Source of the DNA: Opitutales bacterium
Lineage (GTDB): Bacteria; Verrucomicrobiota; Verrucomicrobiia; Opitutales; PNEW01
Assembly: GCA_965197745.1 (NCBI GenBank)
Contig: CBDANS010000006.1
Span: forward strand, 672,001-736,000
Reading direction: 5' to 3'
DNA length: 64,000 nucleotides
Below are positions 62,554 through 64,000 of this stretch, piece by piece; the first letter of the stretch is position 1; each line of letters starts with the position of its first letter. The notes under the pieces were generated by a model. It was given only the letters and a program-made list of their open reading frames with translations, did not search any database and was not told the DNA's origin. The position numbers and the translations under genes are program-made.

Positions 62554-64000
62554 ATGATCAGTAACATTGAAGATAAGCTCGTATATAAGTCAGAAAAAGA
62601 AACGCTCATCATCGAACCGTGGGGTCACGATGGGTTGCGGGTTCGCGTAACCCCGAATCCTGAAGTCGCCGACACGCCCTGGGCGTTGACTGAACCGGTT
62701 GCCCCGCCTGAAAGTACGACGATTACCATCAACGACGACGAAGCCGTTATTCGAAACGGAAAGATCTCCGCATCGATAAGCGATATCCTGGCGCAGCCCG
62801 GGTATCTCCAGTTTTTCCGCCACACGGGAGAAGGTCAGCAAACCTGCATCCTGCGTGAACACGACTATGTCGTCCACGCGCACAATCCGGGCACACGCAC
62901 TTTTCAAGCTCGGGATGACGGTCTTTTTTACGCCCAAACGGACTTTACGGCGAAGGATGGAGAACGGCTTTACGGTATGGGGTTGAATGCCACAGGGCGC
63001 GTGAATCTGAAAGGCAGTGTTATCGATCTCTACCAACGCCATGTAAAACATGTCGTCCCTTTCCTCGTTTCAACTGAAGGTTACGGGTTTCTCTGGAACA
63101 ATCCCTCGCTGGGTCGCGCAGAATTTGGCAACAATAGGACCCGCTGGGTCGCGCGCGGGTGCAAACAGATCGATTACTACGTAACCACCGGTGATTCCTA
63201 CGCCGAGATCATGGAGCACTATGCTGACGTCACGGGTCATGCCCCGCTCCTACCCTACTGGGCTTCGGGATTCTGGCAGTGCAAGAACCGCTACAAAACC
63301 CAGGAGGAGTTCCTGGGGATAGCGCGGGAGTTCAAGCGGCTCAACCTTCCCCTCTCCGTTCTTGTGATCGACTTTTGCCACTGGAAAACCACGGGCGATT
63401 GGAGACTCGATCCGGAGTTATGGCCGGATCCGGAAGCGATGGTTCAAGAGCTCGATGAGATGGGAGTTCGTATCATGATATCGCCCTGGATAGTCGTCGA
63501 TAAAACAAGCGAAAACTACGAGCCGATGAAAAAGAAGGGACTGTTCACCGGCTCCATCGATGGGGAAAAGGACACCGTCAGGTTCGGCGCTATACCAGGT
63601 GAAGACCCTGAGAAGTACTTATACGATCCGACAAATCCGGCAGCAGCAGCGTATCTCTGGAGCAAGTGGAAAGAAAACTATTTCGATATCGGGATAAAGA
63701 CATTCTGGCTCGATCCCTGCGATGATTTTCACGCAATAGAAGACTACGATCAAGTGCTCTATCATATAGGCCCGGCAGTCGAGTCCCACTGTTATTTCCC
63801 CGTCGCTCATCAGAAGAATATTTACGAAGGATTGAATGTCGCTGGGGAACATGAAGTCGTAACAATCTGCCGCAGTTCCTGGGCGGGTTCGCAACGCTAC
63901 GGCGCCTCGCCAGCGGCACACGATATCATGGCTTCTTTCGAGCATCTTCATGAGTACATGATGGCGGGGCTTAATTTATCGATGAGCGGTATTCCTTGGG
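62554..64000 (+). CDS. Glycoside hydrolase family 31 (alpha-xylosidase-like), 3' end outside the window; absent from the ORF track
   Basis: MISNIEDKL...EPWGHDGLRVR, ERLYGMG, GFWQCKNRY, VIDFCHW, WPDP, FWLD, RSSWAGSQRYG, GLNLSMSGIPW. Confidence 0.88.
   Translation, partial: MISNIEDKLVYKSEKETLIIEPWGHDGLRVRVTPNPEVADTPWALTEPVAPPESTTITINDDEAVIRNGKISASISDILAQPGYLQFFRHTGEGQQTCILREHDYVVHAHNPGTRTFQARDDGLFYAQTDFTAKDGERLYGMGLNATGRVNLKGSVIDLYQRHVKHVVPFLVSTEGYGFLWNNPSLGRAEFGNNRTRWVARGCKQIDYYVTTGDSYAEIMEHYADVTGHAPLLPYWASGFWQCKNRYKTQEEFLGIAREFKRLNLPLSVLVIDFCHWKTTGDWRLDPELWPDPEAMVQELDEMGVRIMISPWIVVDKTSENYEPMKKKGLFTGSIDGEKDTVRFGAIPGEDPEKYLYDPTNPAAAAYLWSKWKENYFDIGIKTFWLDPCDDFHAIEDYDQVLYHIGPAVESHCYFPVAHQKNIYEGLNVAGEHEVVTICRSSWAGSQRYGASPAAHDIMASFEHLHEYMMAGLNLSMSGIPW

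Overview
Accessory-rich 64 kb bacterial region with no rRNA, tRNA or CRISPR array. The host is probably Verrucomicrobiota/Opitutales-like, inferred from a PEP-CTERM protein, a DUF5069 protein, an ADOP permease with PadR, sulfatases and a conserved surface-protein C-terminal domain. From left to right it holds: the right end of an IS3 element; small-molecule transferases; a broken YegD-like Hsp70; a PadR-ADOP pair with a 43-bp palindromic operator; a TIR + 4TM candidate anti-phage pair with an attC-like tail beside a serine recombinase; two orphan family-5 solute-binding proteins; PhyH dioxygenase, 3-hydroxyacyl-CoA dehydrogenase and malate synthase; a six-gene corrinoid methyl-transfer operon; sugar-acid and sulfatase catabolic genes; a 2-kb integron-type cassette inside a duplication of the uxuA 3' end; an APH(3')-like kinase; an Fe/2OG enzyme with an HxA (halogenase-type) motif; Sel1 and PEP-CTERM proteins; and an ADH-epimerase-GH31 operon that runs off the end. 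Three secreted proteins share a near-identical ~280-aa C-terminal domain behind different N-termini. Intergenic DNA is dense with several REP-like palindrome families, some carrying nested mini-insertions. All calls were made by eye from motifs; no database search was run.
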